Shown: one piece after another, positions 49,513-59,780 of the stretch
Position numbering within the stretch: position 1 is the first letter of the stretch
How the letters are laid out: the number at the start of each line of letters is the position of its first letter
Assembly (NCBI GenBank): GCA_963829525.1
Contig: CAWHIJ010000003.1
Location: 2,528,001-2,592,000, forward strand
DNA: 64,000 bases
From: an uncultured Actinomycetota bacterium
GTDB lineage: Bacteria > Actinomycetota > Actinomycetes > JAHEKZ01
Direction of reading: 5' to 3'
Translations under genes and position numbers: made by a program
The notes under the pieces: model-generated
The model's database searches: none
What the model saw: only the letters and a program-made list of their open reading frames with translations
What the model was told of the DNA's origin: nothing

Positions 49513-50505
49513 TCATGCCCCTCCGGCAGGCTCCGAGCCCGGCAGCTGTGGGGCCACCGGCTCTGAGTCGGGCTCAGGAGCGGCCGGCTCTGTGCGAGCG
49601 ACGAAGACATCCGGCTCGAGATAGATGACGGTGCGTACTTGGACGGCCGCGCGAATCCGCGCTTCTGCCTCGTTGATTGCCGCGGCAACTTCTGCGACAG
49701 ATACGTCCGGCTGGAGGGAGATCTTGGCCGCGACCAGCATCTCGTCAGGACCGAGGAAGAGCGTCTTGAGGTGGATGACCCGCTCGATGGCGTCGACACC
49801 GAGTACTGCGGCGCCCACGGCAGCCACGTCAGCTGGTGAACCCCCTTCGCCGAGGAGCAGACTCTTGGTCTCGACTCCAAGGACCACTGCGATGACGATC
49901 AATAAGGCGCCAATCGCGATCGTCCCGAGCCCGTCCCAGATCGACGCGCCGGTGATCCCGGCGAGGCCCACGCCGATCAGGGCCAGAACCAGTCCGACGA
50001 GGGCTCCAACATCCTCGAGGAGGACTACGGGCAGCTCTGGCGCCTTGGCCCGGCGGATGTACTGCACCCAGGACTGACCGCGACGCACTTTGTTCGACTC
50101 GACCACGGCGGTGCGCAGTGAGAAGGACTCCAGGCCGATCGCCACCAGGAGAACGATGATCGGAACCATCAGGTTGGTCAGCTCTTCGGGGTGCCGGATC
50201 TTGTGTACACCCTCGTACAACGAAAAGAGTCCACCGACGCTGAAGAGCACGATCGACACGACGAACGCGTAGAGGTAACGCTCCCGCCCGTAGCCAAACG
50301 GGTGCTCCGGGGTTGCCGACCGCCGTGACCGCCGACCACCCACGAGCAGCAACAACTGATTCCCGGAGTCGGCCAGCGAGTGCACTGACTCGGCCAGCAT
50401 CGACGATGAACCGGACACGAGGAAGGCAAGGAACTTGGTGATGGCGATGCCGAGGTTTGCCAGTAAAGCCGCCAAGATCGCCTTGGTGCCGCTCTCGCTG
50501 CTCAC
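49513..50505 (-). CDS. Cation diffusion facilitator transporter
   Basis: [24 protein letters not shown]-terminal IYLEPD. Confidence 0.92.
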   Translation of the reverse strand: MSSESGTKAILAALLANLGIAITKFLAFLVSGSSSMLAESVHSLADSGNQLLLLVGGRRSRRSATPEHPFGYGRERYLYAFVVSIVLFSVGGLFSLYEGVHKIRHPEELTNLMVPIIVLLVAIGLESFSLRTAVVESNKVRRGQSWVQYIRRAKAPELPVVLLEDVGALVGLVLALIGVGLAGITGASIWDGLGTIAIGALLIVIAVVLGVETKSLLLGEGGSPADVAAVGAAVLGVDAIERVIHLKTLFLGPDEMLVAAKISLQPDVSVAEVAAAINEAEARIRAAVQVRTVIYLEPDVFVARTEPAAPEPDSEPVAPQLPGSEPAGGA

Positions 50506-51638
50506 AACCGGTTCTGCCGCGCCTGCACGCGCGCCTTCAAGGTCTCGATCGGGGCAATAGGCGTCGGGTCCACGCCACCGAGCAGCCCGAGGTAGACGCT
50601 GGCGAAGTCGCCGATGGCGCAGAGACTGGCCATTCGCTCCAACGGGTGCTCACCAACGGCGGTCAACCGGCTGACGCGGACGCCGGACTCTTGAGCCAGT
50701 GCCTCGGCCTCATCAGCAGCGATGGCCACCTGCGGCTGCTCGACCGTGTCACGAAGCAGGACGAGCCTGATCGGAAGGCCAGCTGACCTCGGGGCGCTGA
50801 ACGTCACCACCTGATTGTGCAACGCCTCCGGAAGCACGCCGTTGACTGAGGGGTACTTGGCATTCTCGGCAAGCTGGCACAGCAGCCGGTACGCCGCGAT
50901 TCCCGCCAGGTCGCTGCTGCCCCAGATCATTGGCAACGTCCCAACAAGCTCAGCGGCCAGCTGCTTGGCGGGGTTCTGCTCGAGCGTGACCGTCGGCGCA
51001 CACCGAAGGGCCAAACCATCGAGCAGGTCAGCGACGGCTTCGAGGCGTGCTGGTTCGGCGTCGACGACGCCAAGGGCATCAGCGGCAACGAGCAGCGGGA
51101 CCGACAGCGCCCAGAGGTTGGCTCGAGGTGGCCGACCAGGAGGAACGAGAACCCACGGAATCCCGGCTTCGATGGCGAGGTCGACGAGCGGTGAGCCCTC
51201 GGCCGCGACAACGACGGTACGCGCCCCGCGTTCGAGCGCCGTCCGCGTGCAGGCCAGGGTCTCCGCCGTTCGCCCAGAGCTCGAGACCGCGATGACCAGG
51301 TCGCCGACCCCCACCCAAGCCGGCAAGGTCCACCCACGGACCCGCTCGACGGGCACGGGACACTCTGGGCCAGCTGCTGCCTGAAGCACATGGCCGGCGA
51401 TCCCCGATCCGCCCATTCCCGTGACGACAACCGCGCGTGGTCGACCACCGAGCTTGACTCCAGACAGGCCAGAGAGCCGACAGGCCACAAGCGCCTGGCG
51501 TACCTGGTCGCCAGCTGAGGCGACAGCGTCGAGCATGCCGCCCGGGTCAGCTGCACGCACCGACTTGAGATCGTCGAGGTCGATGTGGCCCACGCCACCG
51601 GCACGAAGGTCGGCGTCAGCTGCCACGCTCGGCCTCAT
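50502..51638 (-). CDS. SIS-domain bifunctional phosphoglucose/phosphomannose isomerase
   Basis: GMGGSG, SSSGRTAET, ENAK, PEALHN, DPTPI; start uncertain. Confidence 0.87.
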   Translation of the reverse strand: MRPSVAADADLRAGGVGHIDLDDLKSVRAADPGGMLDAVASAGDQVRQALVACRLSGLSGVKLGGRPRAVVVTGMGGSGIAGHVLQAAAGPECPVPVERVRGWTLPAWVGVGDLVIAVSSSGRTAETLACTRTALERGARTVVVAAEGSPLVDLAIEAGIPWVLVPPGRPPRANLWALSVPLLVAADALGVVDAEPARLEAVADLLDGLALRCAPTVTLEQNPAKQLAAELVGTLPMIWGSSDLAGIAAYRLLCQLAENAKYPSVNGVLPEALHNQVVTFSAPRSAGLPIRLVLLRDTVEQPQVAIAADEAEALAQESGVRVSRLTAVGEHPLERMASLCAIGDFASVYLGLLGGVDPTPIAPIETLKARVQARQNRL

Positions 51639-51813
51639 TCACCAAAAGAATGGGAATACCGTCTCGAACCGGGTACTGCAGGCCGCAGGTCTCGGTGGTA
51701 CAGACCAGCGCCGCGGCGCGCTCACCATCGGGCACCGGCCGTAGTGCGCCGTGGCACTGCGGACACACGATGATCGCCAAAAGCTCAGGGTCCAGGCCCG
51801 GGGATTGAGTCAT
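51616..51813 (-). CDS. Trm112-family protein
   Basis: LDPELLAIIVCPQC...YPVRDGIPILL. Confidence 0.92.
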   Translation of the reverse strand: MTQSPGLDPELLAIIVCPQCHGALRPVPDGERAAALVCTTETCGLQYPVRDGIPILLVNEAERGS

Positions 51814-53213
51814 TGGTCCTCGCCTCGGATCTGGCCGAGCACTTCGTCGCGAATGCCTGACATCGTCGCCGCATCCTTAGCCTCGACGTTGAGCCGCAGG
51901 AGCGGTTCGGTGTTACTCGCGCGCACGTTGAACCACCATGCGTCACCGGCCACCGTGAGACCGTCGAGTTCATCGAGCGTCACACCCGGCCGCGCTTGCC
52001 ACAGCTGTTTGAGCGCTGCAACCACCTGCACTTGGTCGTGCACGGTCGAGTTGATCTCGCCACTGGCGGCATAGCGATCGTAGGGCGACAGCAGTTGGGA
52101 CAACGGCATCGCCGCGTCACCTAGTGCTGCAAGAGCATGCAGACCGGCCAGCATTCCTGAGTCAGCGCGCCAGAAGTCCCTGAAGTAGAAGTGCCCAGAG
52201 TGCTCACCACCGAAGACGGCACCGGTCTCAGCCATTACTCCCTTGATGAACGAGTGGCCGACACGAGTGCGCACGGCCGTACCACCAGCTTCGGCCACAA
52301 CTTCGGGCACGGAATGACTGGTGATGAGGTTGTAGATGACCGTTCCTCCGGGGTCGCGCACGAGCTCGCGGTCGGCGATCAGGGCAGCAAGCACACTCGG
52401 CGAGACGATGTCGCCGCGTTCGTCAACGATGAAGCACCGATCAGCATCGCCGTCGAACGCCAGCCCAATGTCTGCGCCGTTCTTGACCACGGCGGCCTGC
52501 AGGTCACGCAGGTTCGCCGGTTCGATCGGATTGGCTTCGTGGTTCGGGAACGTTCCATCGAGCTCGAAGTAGAGCGGGAGCATCGTCAGCGGAAGGTCGG
52601 CGAATACCGCAGGCGCGGTCAAGCCAGCCATGCCGTTTCCGGCATCGATGACGACCGTCATGGGACGGACGTCGGCGAGGTCAACCAGCGAGCGGAGGTG
52701 GGCAACGTACTCGCCGAGCATGTCTCGCTCGGTGATTGTCCCTCTGGGACCAACTGGCATGCTGACGCCGCGGGCCAACGCGTCCTTGATCTCGCCCAGA
52801 CCAGACTCTTGACCAACCGGGGCGGCATAGGCGCGACAGAGCTTGATGCCGTTGTACTGCGCGGGGTTGTGGCTCGCGGTGAACATGGCGCCGGCAAGCC
52901 CGAGAAGCCCGGAAGCGCAGTAGAGCTGGTCGGTGCTCGCCAGTCCGATGAGCGTGACGTCGACACCGGCAGCGGCTGCGCCATCAGCGAAGGCGGCAGC
53001 TAAGTCCGGCGACGTCGGACGCATGTCGTGCCCGACGACCAGTCCGGGTACGTCGCCCTCACTTCTCAGCACCTGGACGAAAGCGGCACCGACCGCCCGG
53101 CAGATCCGGGCGTCCAGCTGATCGGGAACGACGCCGCGAATGTCGTAAGCCTTGATGATCGACGCCAACACCGCGGCGTCGACAGGAGCTAATACGTCCG
53201 GTTCAGCAGTCAC
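51810..53213 (-). CDS. manB: Phosphomannomutase / phosphoglucomutase
   Basis: KAYDIRG, TASHNP, DGDADR, GGEHSGH, RASNTEP. Confidence 0.95.
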   Translation of the reverse strand: MTAEPDVLAPVDAAVLASIIKAYDIRGVVPDQLDARICRAVGAAFVQVLRSEGDVPGLVVGHDMRPTSPDLAAAFADGAAAAGVDVTLIGLASTDQLYCASGLLGLAGAMFTASHNPAQYNGIKLCRAYAAPVGQESGLGEIKDALARGVSMPVGPRGTITERDMLGEYVAHLRSLVDLADVRPMTVVIDAGNGMAGLTAPAVFADLPLTMLPLYFELDGTFPNHEANPIEPANLRDLQAAVVKNGADIGLAFDGDADRCFIVDERGDIVSPSVLAALIADRELVRDPGGTVIYNLITSHSVPEVVAEAGGTAVRTRVGHSFIKGVMAETGAVFGGEHSGHFYFRDFWRADSGMLAGLHALAALGDAAMPLSQLLSPYDRYAASGEINSTVHDQVQVVAALKQLWQARPGVTLDELDGLTVAGDAWWFNVRASNTEPLLRLNVEAKDAATMSGIRDEVLGQIRGEDQ

Positions 53214-53267
53214 ACCGGTGGACCCTACCGAGCCACCAGCTTCGCGCCGAGCCCACGGTCTGCTCGG

Positions 53268-53525
53268 TCAGCGTGGTTTGCGGGCCTTGTCGAGCACGCT
53301 CGCCACAGGGAGCTCTTGGTGCTGGACTCCACTGGCATCGACCCAGACCTTGTGTTCGCAGCGATGACACGAAACGAACTCCACCGGTGTCCCGTCGGTC
53401 AACGTCATGGCCAGATGGGTGATGCGGTCACTGCCACACTCGGCGCAGGCGATTTCAGGGCGGGCGCCGGCTTGGGTCAGGGATCCAAGCGGGATGGTCA
53501 GCGGTGCCGATGACGAGCGGGCCAT
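53268..53525 (-). CDS. Small zinc-ribbon hypothetical protein
   Basis: CAEC and CHRC pairs; GAGGAGGAG RBS. Confidence 0.75.
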   Translation of the reverse strand: MARSSSAPLTIPLGSLTQAGARPEIACAECGSDRITHLAMTLTDGTPVEFVSCHRCEHKVWVDASGVQHQELPVASVLDKARKPR

Positions 53526-53599
53526 GGGGTCTCCTCCTCTGGTGCGTTCCGGCAGGTGCCGGGGGTCCGTACGGGCGGCGGACTCTTGACGCAGAAGCG

Positions 53600-53628
53600 C
53601 TATCGGCCGAAGGGACGGTGCGGGTTTA
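53600..53628 (-). promoter_or_regulatory. Sigma-28 (FliA/WhiG)-like promoter
   Basis: Minus strand TAAA-N17-GCCGATAG upstream of the zinc-ribbon gene. Confidence 0.5.
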
Positions 53629-53688
53629 ATTTAGGGAGGTTCCTGACATAACTCTTAAAACGGACATGCATCACTGTGTGCCGCCCGG

Positions 53689-54060
53689 TCAGACCTCCGA
53701 GTCCTCCAGGGGCGGAAGCACCCACAGGTGCCCACGACGTCCGTGCTCAGGGGTTTGGCGCCGCTCGTCGTCAGGGCCATCGACTGGTGGACGCCCCGCC
53801 TCCCGAACGGCGTCAGCAAGCGCCTCGAGGTCGTCGCTGCTCGGTCCCAGGAGGGCCGGGTCGGGCGCCAGTCGGACGATCTCCCATCCTCTCGGTGCGG
53901 TAAGCCTTTCTCCGTGGACCTCGCAGAGGTCGTAGCAATGTGGCTCGGCGTAAGTCGCCAAGGGCCCGAGGACGGCTGTGGAGTCGGCGTAGACATAGGT
54001 GAGGGTCATCACGGCCGTGCGATTGCAGGCGGTACGCGAGCAACGCCTCATGGGACTCAC
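53689..54060 (-). CDS. DUF3499 family protein
   Basis: CSRTAC...TLTYVYADSTAVLGPL...YDLCEVH...APRGW. Confidence 0.92.
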   Translation of the reverse strand: MSPMRRCSRTACNRTAVMTLTYVYADSTAVLGPLATYAEPHCYDLCEVHGERLTAPRGWEIVRLAPDPALLGPSSDDLEALADAVREAGRPPVDGPDDERRQTPEHGRRGHLWVLPPLEDSEV

Positions 54061-54182
54061 GGCGTGACGGTACCCGGCCGGGACGGCTGAATCGGTGATT
54101 TGCGAACCTGGTGGCCTACGTGTCGCTGCCGCCGGTCCTGCGCTTCGCCCAGTTGCTCAGCCCGATCCCTACGCTTACCTCT

Positions 54183-54608
54183 GTGACGCGCAGACATCGG
54201 CACGGCCGCAGCATGCGAGTCACGGCCGGCGTCTTTCCACGATCGGCGGTCGGCTGTGATCGCGTGACTCCCGTTGCCCAAGCCGCCGCTGCGCGGCTCA
54301 CCCGACTCACCGGCGCTGGGCGTCCAGGCTCGACGATCCCCGCTTTCGAGGTTGACGTCGCTGAGCTGCCGTCCCGCGACCAGGTCGCCCGCTACGGGCC
54401 GTCCGACGTCACTTCGGGGGCTTTGCTGTCCGCCCATCGCACAGCCGAAGACGGCACATTCGTCATCACCGTCTTCGCGCGTCCGGTGCTTCTCTGGGCC
54501 ACCGGTACCGGCGTATCCCTCCCCCATCTTGTGCGCCAGGCGCTGGCCGAGCAGCTGGCATCGGCGGTCGGGGTCGAGCCGGGTGACCTCGATCCTGAGG
54601 TCGACTGA
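54183..54608 (+). CDS. Zincin-like (Rv3259-like) protein without HExxH
   Basis: RRHRHGRSMR, ITVFARP, EQLASAVGVEPGDLDP; divergent from DUF3499; TACGCT -10 seven nt upstream. Confidence 0.7.
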   Translation: MTRRHRHGRSMRVTAGVFPRSAVGCDRVTPVAQAAAARLTRLTGAGRPGSTIPAFEVDVAELPSRDQVARYGPSDVTSGALLSAHRTAEDGTFVITVFARPVLLWATGTGVSLPHLVRQALAEQLASAVGVEPGDLDPEVD

Positions 54609-54652
54609 GCTGGACGTGCCCCCCGTTCTTACGTGCCGAAACGGTCGTCCGA

Positions 54653-56176
54653 TCACTCGATGGTTCCGACCGCGATGCCGGGGAAGGACTCCGGCACCTC
54701 GGCCAGCAAGCGCGCCGTCGAGAGGGGGAAGGATGTCACCAGGGGGCCGCGTGGGCCCTCCTCATCAAGCATCCGCACGCCGTAGATTGGCCCCTCGCCA
54801 CCGGGCGTGACGACGAGTCCGTACGAGTCGACCCGCTTGGCCTCGTTCTTCGGCGGCGCGACGGTGACTACCCGCGTGGTGCCCGCCGCGAGTGCGACCC
54901 GCCCGGCCGTCCACTCCCGTCCACCGGAAAAGCCCTTGACCACGGCGGACGCCGCAGCCTCGGGGGCGGTGAGGATGAGCCGGGTCTGCAGATCCGCCGA
55001 TGTGCGGTTGTCGGGGACCACGGCGGGTGCGTCGAGCGCGCCGGCCGCCGCCAGAAAGAGTACGTCGCCAAAGATGTCGGGATTTCTCAGCTCCACCCGG
55101 GCGCCCGCCGTGACGGGCGCATCCGAGGAGATCACGATGGCGGCAGGGTCCCCTCGCAGTGCTTCGGTCAGGTCGACCGAAGCCACCCCTGCAGCTGGCA
55201 CATCGATGACGTCAGCCCCCTGTGGGGTGAAGGTGCCCTCAGGGGTGACGAGCGAGAGAGTGACGACGGCGGCCTCATCGGGGGCGACAAGGTCGAGCCG
55301 GACCTGGCTCTTGCGGGCCTTACCGACGGCGGGAACTCCGGGCACGACCAGCTCGGTTCCCGGTGGCGCCGCCTCGGGGATCCAGTCGGTTCCGCGAGGC
55401 TCAAAGCCGAACACATCTGTCTCGGTGATGGCTGCCGATAGTCGGCCCACCCGCACTTGCACGTGTACGGCCATGACCTTTTCGCCTGGTGCTACCTGAT
55501 CGAGCCGAACCTCGACACTGGTTCGAGGACTCACCTGCACACCGCGCGCCCCTGGCGCATCGACGAGGCCGCGGCGACCATGGAGGGTTACGTCGACCGT
55601 TGCGCTTGCCGACTCAGGGTTGGTGAGCACGAGAACGGCACGCTCGCCGACTCCCGACGCCGCCCCGACGAACCAGAAGTCGGTGCCGGTCGGCTCACAC
55701 TGTGTCGACGCAAGGCCCCGTCCCTTGCCGTCCACCGTCCGCTCGGTCTGGGTCACCGAGAAACCGGGCGCCAACGAGCCGGAGGCCGCACCGGTCACCG
55801 AGTAGCGCTCGCCGTTTCGCCCGACATAGGTGCCCCGGTCCCCTGGTGCACCGAGACTGATCAACGTCTTCTCTTTCGACTCCTGCGAGACCAAGGTCCG
55901 AACGACGCCGCTGCCAGATGACTTCGGATCGATGCCGGGGACTTTGGGAGGAGTGGCCGCGGCAACGGCCGACTCGGTGTATCCCTCACGCGACCGGAGT
56001 CCGGGGCAGGCCACGGTTGTGGCAGTCACCGGCGTCACCTCGGGTGTGACCGCAGCCGGTGCCGAACGGTCGGCCCCGAACGCGGTGGCTGCAGCTCCGG
56101 CCGCAATCACCACGACGATGACCACCACGAGGTTGACTCCGGGTCGATAGAGCCCGGTCTTGCCCCTGGCGCTCAT
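54653..56176 (-). CDS. DUF5719-like membrane-anchored extracellular protein
   Basis: N-terminal TM, ACPG, GLASTQC...WFVGA...LVLTNP; start overlaps the GT2 stop. Confidence 0.75.
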   Translation of the reverse strand: MSARGKTGLYRPGVNLVVVIVVVIAAGAAATAFGADRSAPAAVTPEVTPVTATTVACPGLRSREGYTESAVAAATPPKVPGIDPKSSGSGVVRTLVSQESKEKTLISLGAPGDRGTYVGRNGERYSVTGAASGSLAPGFSVTQTERTVDGKGRGLASTQCEPTGTDFWFVGAASGVGERAVLVLTNPESASATVDVTLHGRRGLVDAPGARGVQVSPRTSVEVRLDQVAPGEKVMAVHVQVRVGRLSAAITETDVFGFEPRGTDWIPEAAPPGTELVVPGVPAVGKARKSQVRLDLVAPDEAAVVTLSLVTPEGTFTPQGADVIDVPAAGVASVDLTEALRGDPAAIVISSDAPVTAGARVELRNPDIFGDVLFLAAAGALDAPAVVPDNRTSADLQTRLILTAPEAAASAVVKGFSGGREWTAGRVALAAGTTRVVTVAPPKNEAKRVDSYGLVVTPGGEGPIYGVRMLDEEGPRGPLVTSFPLSTARLLAEVPESFPGIAVGTIE

Positions 56177-59100
56177 ACCGACTCCTCGTCCGCACGTCGA
56201 CGGCCGGGAAGCGCGACCAACAAGAGTGCAGCGACAGCCAGTAGCTGGCCACGGACCAGCCATCTCCTCCATGGGTCGTCGACGATCATCTGCACCTCCG
56301 CCGGCGCAGAACCGGCAACGAAGCGCTGACCCCAGTTCGACGCCGCCCGGACGGGCAGCTCCCGGGTTTGTCCTGCGCGGTTCTCGGTCGCGACCCATCC
56401 CTCATCGGCTAGCTCAGCGAGCTCGAGCAGGCGATCCCCGTCGGCGCCAGGAACCTCGACGTCAACGGCCGAGGGGTCGTCCGGAACCTCCGAGGCCAGC
56501 ACCGCACGCTGCCCGTCGGCGTCGAGGACCCGAACCCTTCCGGTGGCCTGCTCCACCCTCCACAGCGACGCTTCGCCGGGGTTGGCGATGCGCAAAAGTC
56601 CCGGAGCCGAGTCCAGGGCGACCTCGAGATCAGGGTCGACGGGCGGCACAGCGAGCACGTACTCGACGGCCCGATCGGCCAACTCGTCAACAGGGGCGCT
56701 GCCCGCCCCCGATGCCAGGTCAGAGACCACATCGTCCAATGACGTGAGCAGGTCAACAGGAGGGGCGGTCTCGACGTCGCCCCATTGCGCATCGCGAGAT
56801 CGCAGGACCGTATAGGCCAGTCGGCCCGATGCCGGCTGCAGGACCAGAGTGCGGATCTGTTCGGGCAGCGCCGATTGTGCGCGGACGAATGCTGGTAGCG
56901 GGTTCGCCGACCCGCGGTCCAACGGATCACCGGCGCCCCGCCCAACCCAGGTCACGCCCCAGATCAGCGGACTCACCGCAGCTAGGGTCACCACGACTGC
57001 TAGGGCTGGCTGTCGCCACGTGAACGCAGCGCGTTGCAGCCGGACGCTGCTGCCTCTGACTGCTGTTGCGGCAGCGACCAGGCCGGCTGCAACAGCCAGG
57101 ACGAGCACCGATCCACTCCACACTGCGACGGGTAGCGCGCTGGTCGCCGGCGTCACCACGATCGCCTCGAGCACCAGCGCCCACGCCAGGCAGATTCCGG
57201 TGACCACCAGGGCAACCCGAACAGAGCGCACCCGTTGAGCTCGGAGCACTGCTGCCAGGGCCGCAACCGCAAGGCCCGCCCCGAACCACCAGGGAGCAGA
57301 CCACCAGCCGCCCGCGTCGAAGAAGACCGCCTGCCACGCCGGCTCGTCATCACCGACCCAGCGAACACCTGGCTCCAAGACAAGCATGGCGGGGTCAGAC
57401 ACCACGACCGGCCACCAAGGCAACAACAGCAGCACCGGGCCGAGCAGCATCGCCAAGGCGGCAATGCGAGCAGTCCGCCGAGAGACCCAGATGGCCAGTG
57501 CCGCGGCGATCGCCACCAGCGGCACGATGAGCGGCGGCGCGAGCGCAAGCATGGTGCCCAGGAGCACTACAGCGACGGCAGTCGCCCGAACTGACACCGG
57601 TCGCCCCCCCAGCCCCACCGCTCGCGCGGCGGCGACCGCAGCAAGTGGCAGCACAACACCGACCAGCACGGTGGTCCAGCGACCTTGTGCAGTGGCGGCC
57701 AAGAAGACCGGGTTGAGTGCGAAGGCGACACCGACCCAGAGCCTGAGGCGCACTGAGAGCCCGAGCGGGCGCGTCACCAAGAAGGCGAGGAGGCCAGCCA
57801 CAGGCGGCCCGACGACCAGCACCACCGGCACCACCCACGTGGCGTGACCGAGCAACAGCATCGCCAGCACGCCAAGCACCGCCGTTGACGGGTGGGCCAT
57901 GGTGTCACTACCAAGCGTGACCGGATGCCAAGAGGCGGTGTACGCCTGCCAGAGATCAGAAGCCCCCGTGGGGAGCGGAAGCAGGGCACCGCCGTGCAGC
58001 ACGCCGTCGCGGTAGAGGCCACGCCAGGCGATCAGCTGGGTGGCGAGAAGCCCGCTGAACAGCAAAATGCTGGGTCGCTTGACCCAGCGACGCAACCGAC
58101 CAGACCCCGTGCCAACGAAAGAGTCGAGGTCGTCCTCAACCGGGCCGGACTCCAAGATCGTGCTGGGCGCTACGTCGGTCTCGACGTTGAGTGACCCTGC
58201 GAGCGACTCGAGGCTGTGACGGACCTGCTGGCCAGGCGGTGGAAAGAGGGTACGCAGCGTGCTCGCGCGCACCAGGCGCCAGCGGCGTCGCGAGCGACGC
58301 GCTGCGCGCAATCGGCTCGGACGCATGAGAACCATCCCGACGGCGGACATTTCCGCCGCCGCCTCACGCGGAGCCTTTCCTAGGACGTTGCCGAGGGCCC
58401 GCACCAGTGTCTGCACGAGCAGCCATAACCAGCGCAGCAGCAAAGTGGAACCACGACCGTTGGCCAACAACGTGTAGAGCGCACTAGCCCGGTCCGTGGC
58501 ATGCGGGTCCCCCCCGACGCCGGCACGTCGCCCGCGGGCCATCGCCTCCGCGTGATGCACCACCGAGTCGGTGGCCACCGCCACGCGATGACCGGCGAGG
58601 TGGGCGCGCCAGCCGAGGTCGACGTCCTCTCGGAAGAACTGCAGCGACCGATCGAATCCGCCAAGGTCGCTCCAGAGGTCGCGCCGCACCAGGAGCCCGG
58701 CGCTGCCGACCGCGAGGGTGTCGCGCTGGCCGTCGTACTGACCTTGGTCCTGCTCACCGCGCTCGAGCCCGGTGTGCCGCCGCCCGGAGCGTGAGATGGA
58801 CACGCCCACCTCGAGCAAGCGCCGGGGCTCGTCCCACCCGAGTATCTTCGGCCCCCACACCGATACGGACGGCTGGTCGGCGGCGTTGCGCAGCAAAGCG
58901 CCGAGGGCCTCGGGCTCAGGAGCACTGTCGTCGTGCAGGACCCAAAGCCACCCCGACGCCGGTGCAACCTCGACCCCGGCGTGCACGGCTGAGGCAAAGC
59001 CAGTGTCGGCGGGGAGCGTGATGACCTCGTCGATCACCTCGGCCTCCGCCAACAGGGTTGCAGTGGCGTCAGCAGATCCGGTGTCGACAGCGATGACTGC

Positions 59101-59232
59101 GTCAGGAGCTGGATCGAGCGCCGCAAGAGCGGCCAGGGTGCGAGGCAGAAAGCTCTCGCCGTCGTGGGCAACGAGCACCGCGACGACGCCGGGGTCGTCG
59201 GGCGTCTCGGGGAGGTGGACGTCTTGGCTCAT
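56173..59232 (-). CDS. Glycosyltransferase family 2 fused to a large multi-TM domain
   Basis: AVLVAHDG, WLWVLHDD, FREDVDLGWRA, many TM helices; downstream of whiB. Confidence 0.88.
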   Translation of the reverse strand: MSQDVHLPETPDDPGVVAVLVAHDGESFLPRTLAALAALDPAPDAVIAVDTGSADATATLLAEAEVIDEVITLPADTGFASAVHAGVEVAPASGWLWVLHDDSAPEPEALGALLRNAADQPSVSVWGPKILGWDEPRRLLEVGVSISRSGRRHTGLERGEQDQGQYDGQRDTLAVGSAGLLVRRDLWSDLGGFDRSLQFFREDVDLGWRAHLAGHRVAVATDSVVHHAEAMARGRRAGVGGDPHATDRASALYTLLANGRGSTLLLRWLWLLVQTLVRALGNVLGKAPREAAAEMSAVGMVLMRPSRLRAARRSRRRWRLVRASTLRTLFPPPGQQVRHSLESLAGSLNVETDVAPSTILESGPVEDDLDSFVGTGSGRLRRWVKRPSILLFSGLLATQLIAWRGLYRDGVLHGGALLPLPTGASDLWQAYTASWHPVTLGSDTMAHPSTAVLGVLAMLLLGHATWVVPVVLVVGPPVAGLLAFLVTRPLGLSVRLRLWVGVAFALNPVFLAATAQGRWTTVLVGVVLPLAAVAAARAVGLGGRPVSVRATAVAVVLLGTMLALAPPLIVPLVAIAAALAIWVSRRTARIAALAMLLGPVLLLLPWWPVVVSDPAMLVLEPGVRWVGDDEPAWQAVFFDAGGWWSAPWWFGAGLAVAALAAVLRAQRVRSVRVALVVTGICLAWALVLEAIVVTPATSALPVAVWSGSVLVLAVAAGLVAAATAVRGSSVRLQRAAFTWRQPALAVVVTLAAVSPLIWGVTWVGRGAGDPLDRGSANPLPAFVRAQSALPEQIRTLVLQPASGRLAYTVLRSRDAQWGDVETAPPVDLLTSLDDVVSDLASGAGSAPVDELADRAVEYVLAVPPVDPDLEVALDSAPGLLRIANPGEASLWRVEQATGRVRVLDADGQRAVLASEVPDDPSAVDVEVPGADGDRLLELAELADEGWVATENRAGQTRELPVRAASNWGQRFVAGSAPAEVQMIVDDPWRRWLVRGQLLAVAALLLVALPGRRRADEESV

Positions 59233-59342
59233 GGTCGGCGTCCCACCCTACGGGGGTTGTGCGGATGGGCAGCGGCCGCGGTGCCATCGCCGGGATCAAC
59301 GCAGACCGGTCTGGTGCGTCGGGTCGAGGCGTCCGGATCAGG

Positions 59343-59600
59343 CTAGACGGCTTCCTTCTTCAGCCGACGACGCTCTCGCTCGGACAGCCCGCCCCAGATC
59401 CCGAACCGCTCGTCGTGCGCCAGCGCGTACTCCAGGCAGTCGCCCCGCACGTCGCAGCCAAGGCAGACCTTCTTCGCCTCGCGGGTCGACCCGCCCTTCT
59501 CCGGGAAGAAGGCCTCCGGGTCGGTCTGCGCGCAGAGCGCTCGCTCCTGCCACCACAGCTCAGGATCTTGCTCTTCCATCAGACTGATGGCCTCGGTCAC
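59343..59600 (-). CDS. whiB: WhiB (WhiB2/WhmD) Fe-S transcription factor
   Basis: WQERALCAQTDPEAFFPEKGGSTREAKKVC..C...CL, GIWGGLSERERR. Confidence 0.97.
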   Translation of the reverse strand: MTEAISLMEEQDPELWWQERALCAQTDPEAFFPEKGGSTREAKKVCLGCDVRGDCLEYALAHDERFGIWGGLSERERRRLKKEAV

Positions 59601-59661
59601 CGTTCCTCCTCGACCCTACGGGTGTCGTCCGGCCACGGGCCGGTCGAACGACATGCGTGGA

Positions 59662-59691
59662 ATTACATGGGTGTCGTTGCCCTCCTGTCAA
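59662..59691 (-). promoter_or_regulatory. whiB promoter with WhiA-type GACAC motif in the spacer
   Basis: Minus strand TTGACA-N18-TGTAAT, with GACAC at 59675-59671. Confidence 0.75.
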
Positions 59692-59780
59692 CACTTTCTC
59701 TGCTAATCGTTCCCCCGACGCGGCACCGAACGTGACCGCTTGATCACCGACGGCATCCCTTCAGCTGGTGTTTCCGCAGG

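Noticed and set aside
49470-49620. SAH riboswitch upstream of ahcY
   Set aside because: No recognisable consensus; only 43 nt are intergenic and a -10 hexamer sits 7 nt before the GTG, suggesting a leaderless start
49470-49880. Long N-terminal extensions in the ORF track (ahcY; likewise mtrA, lpqB, comF, secA, tadB, DUF5719)
   Set aside because: They overlap neighbouring genes or lack family-like sequence; downstream starts have RBS, -10 or stop-overlap support
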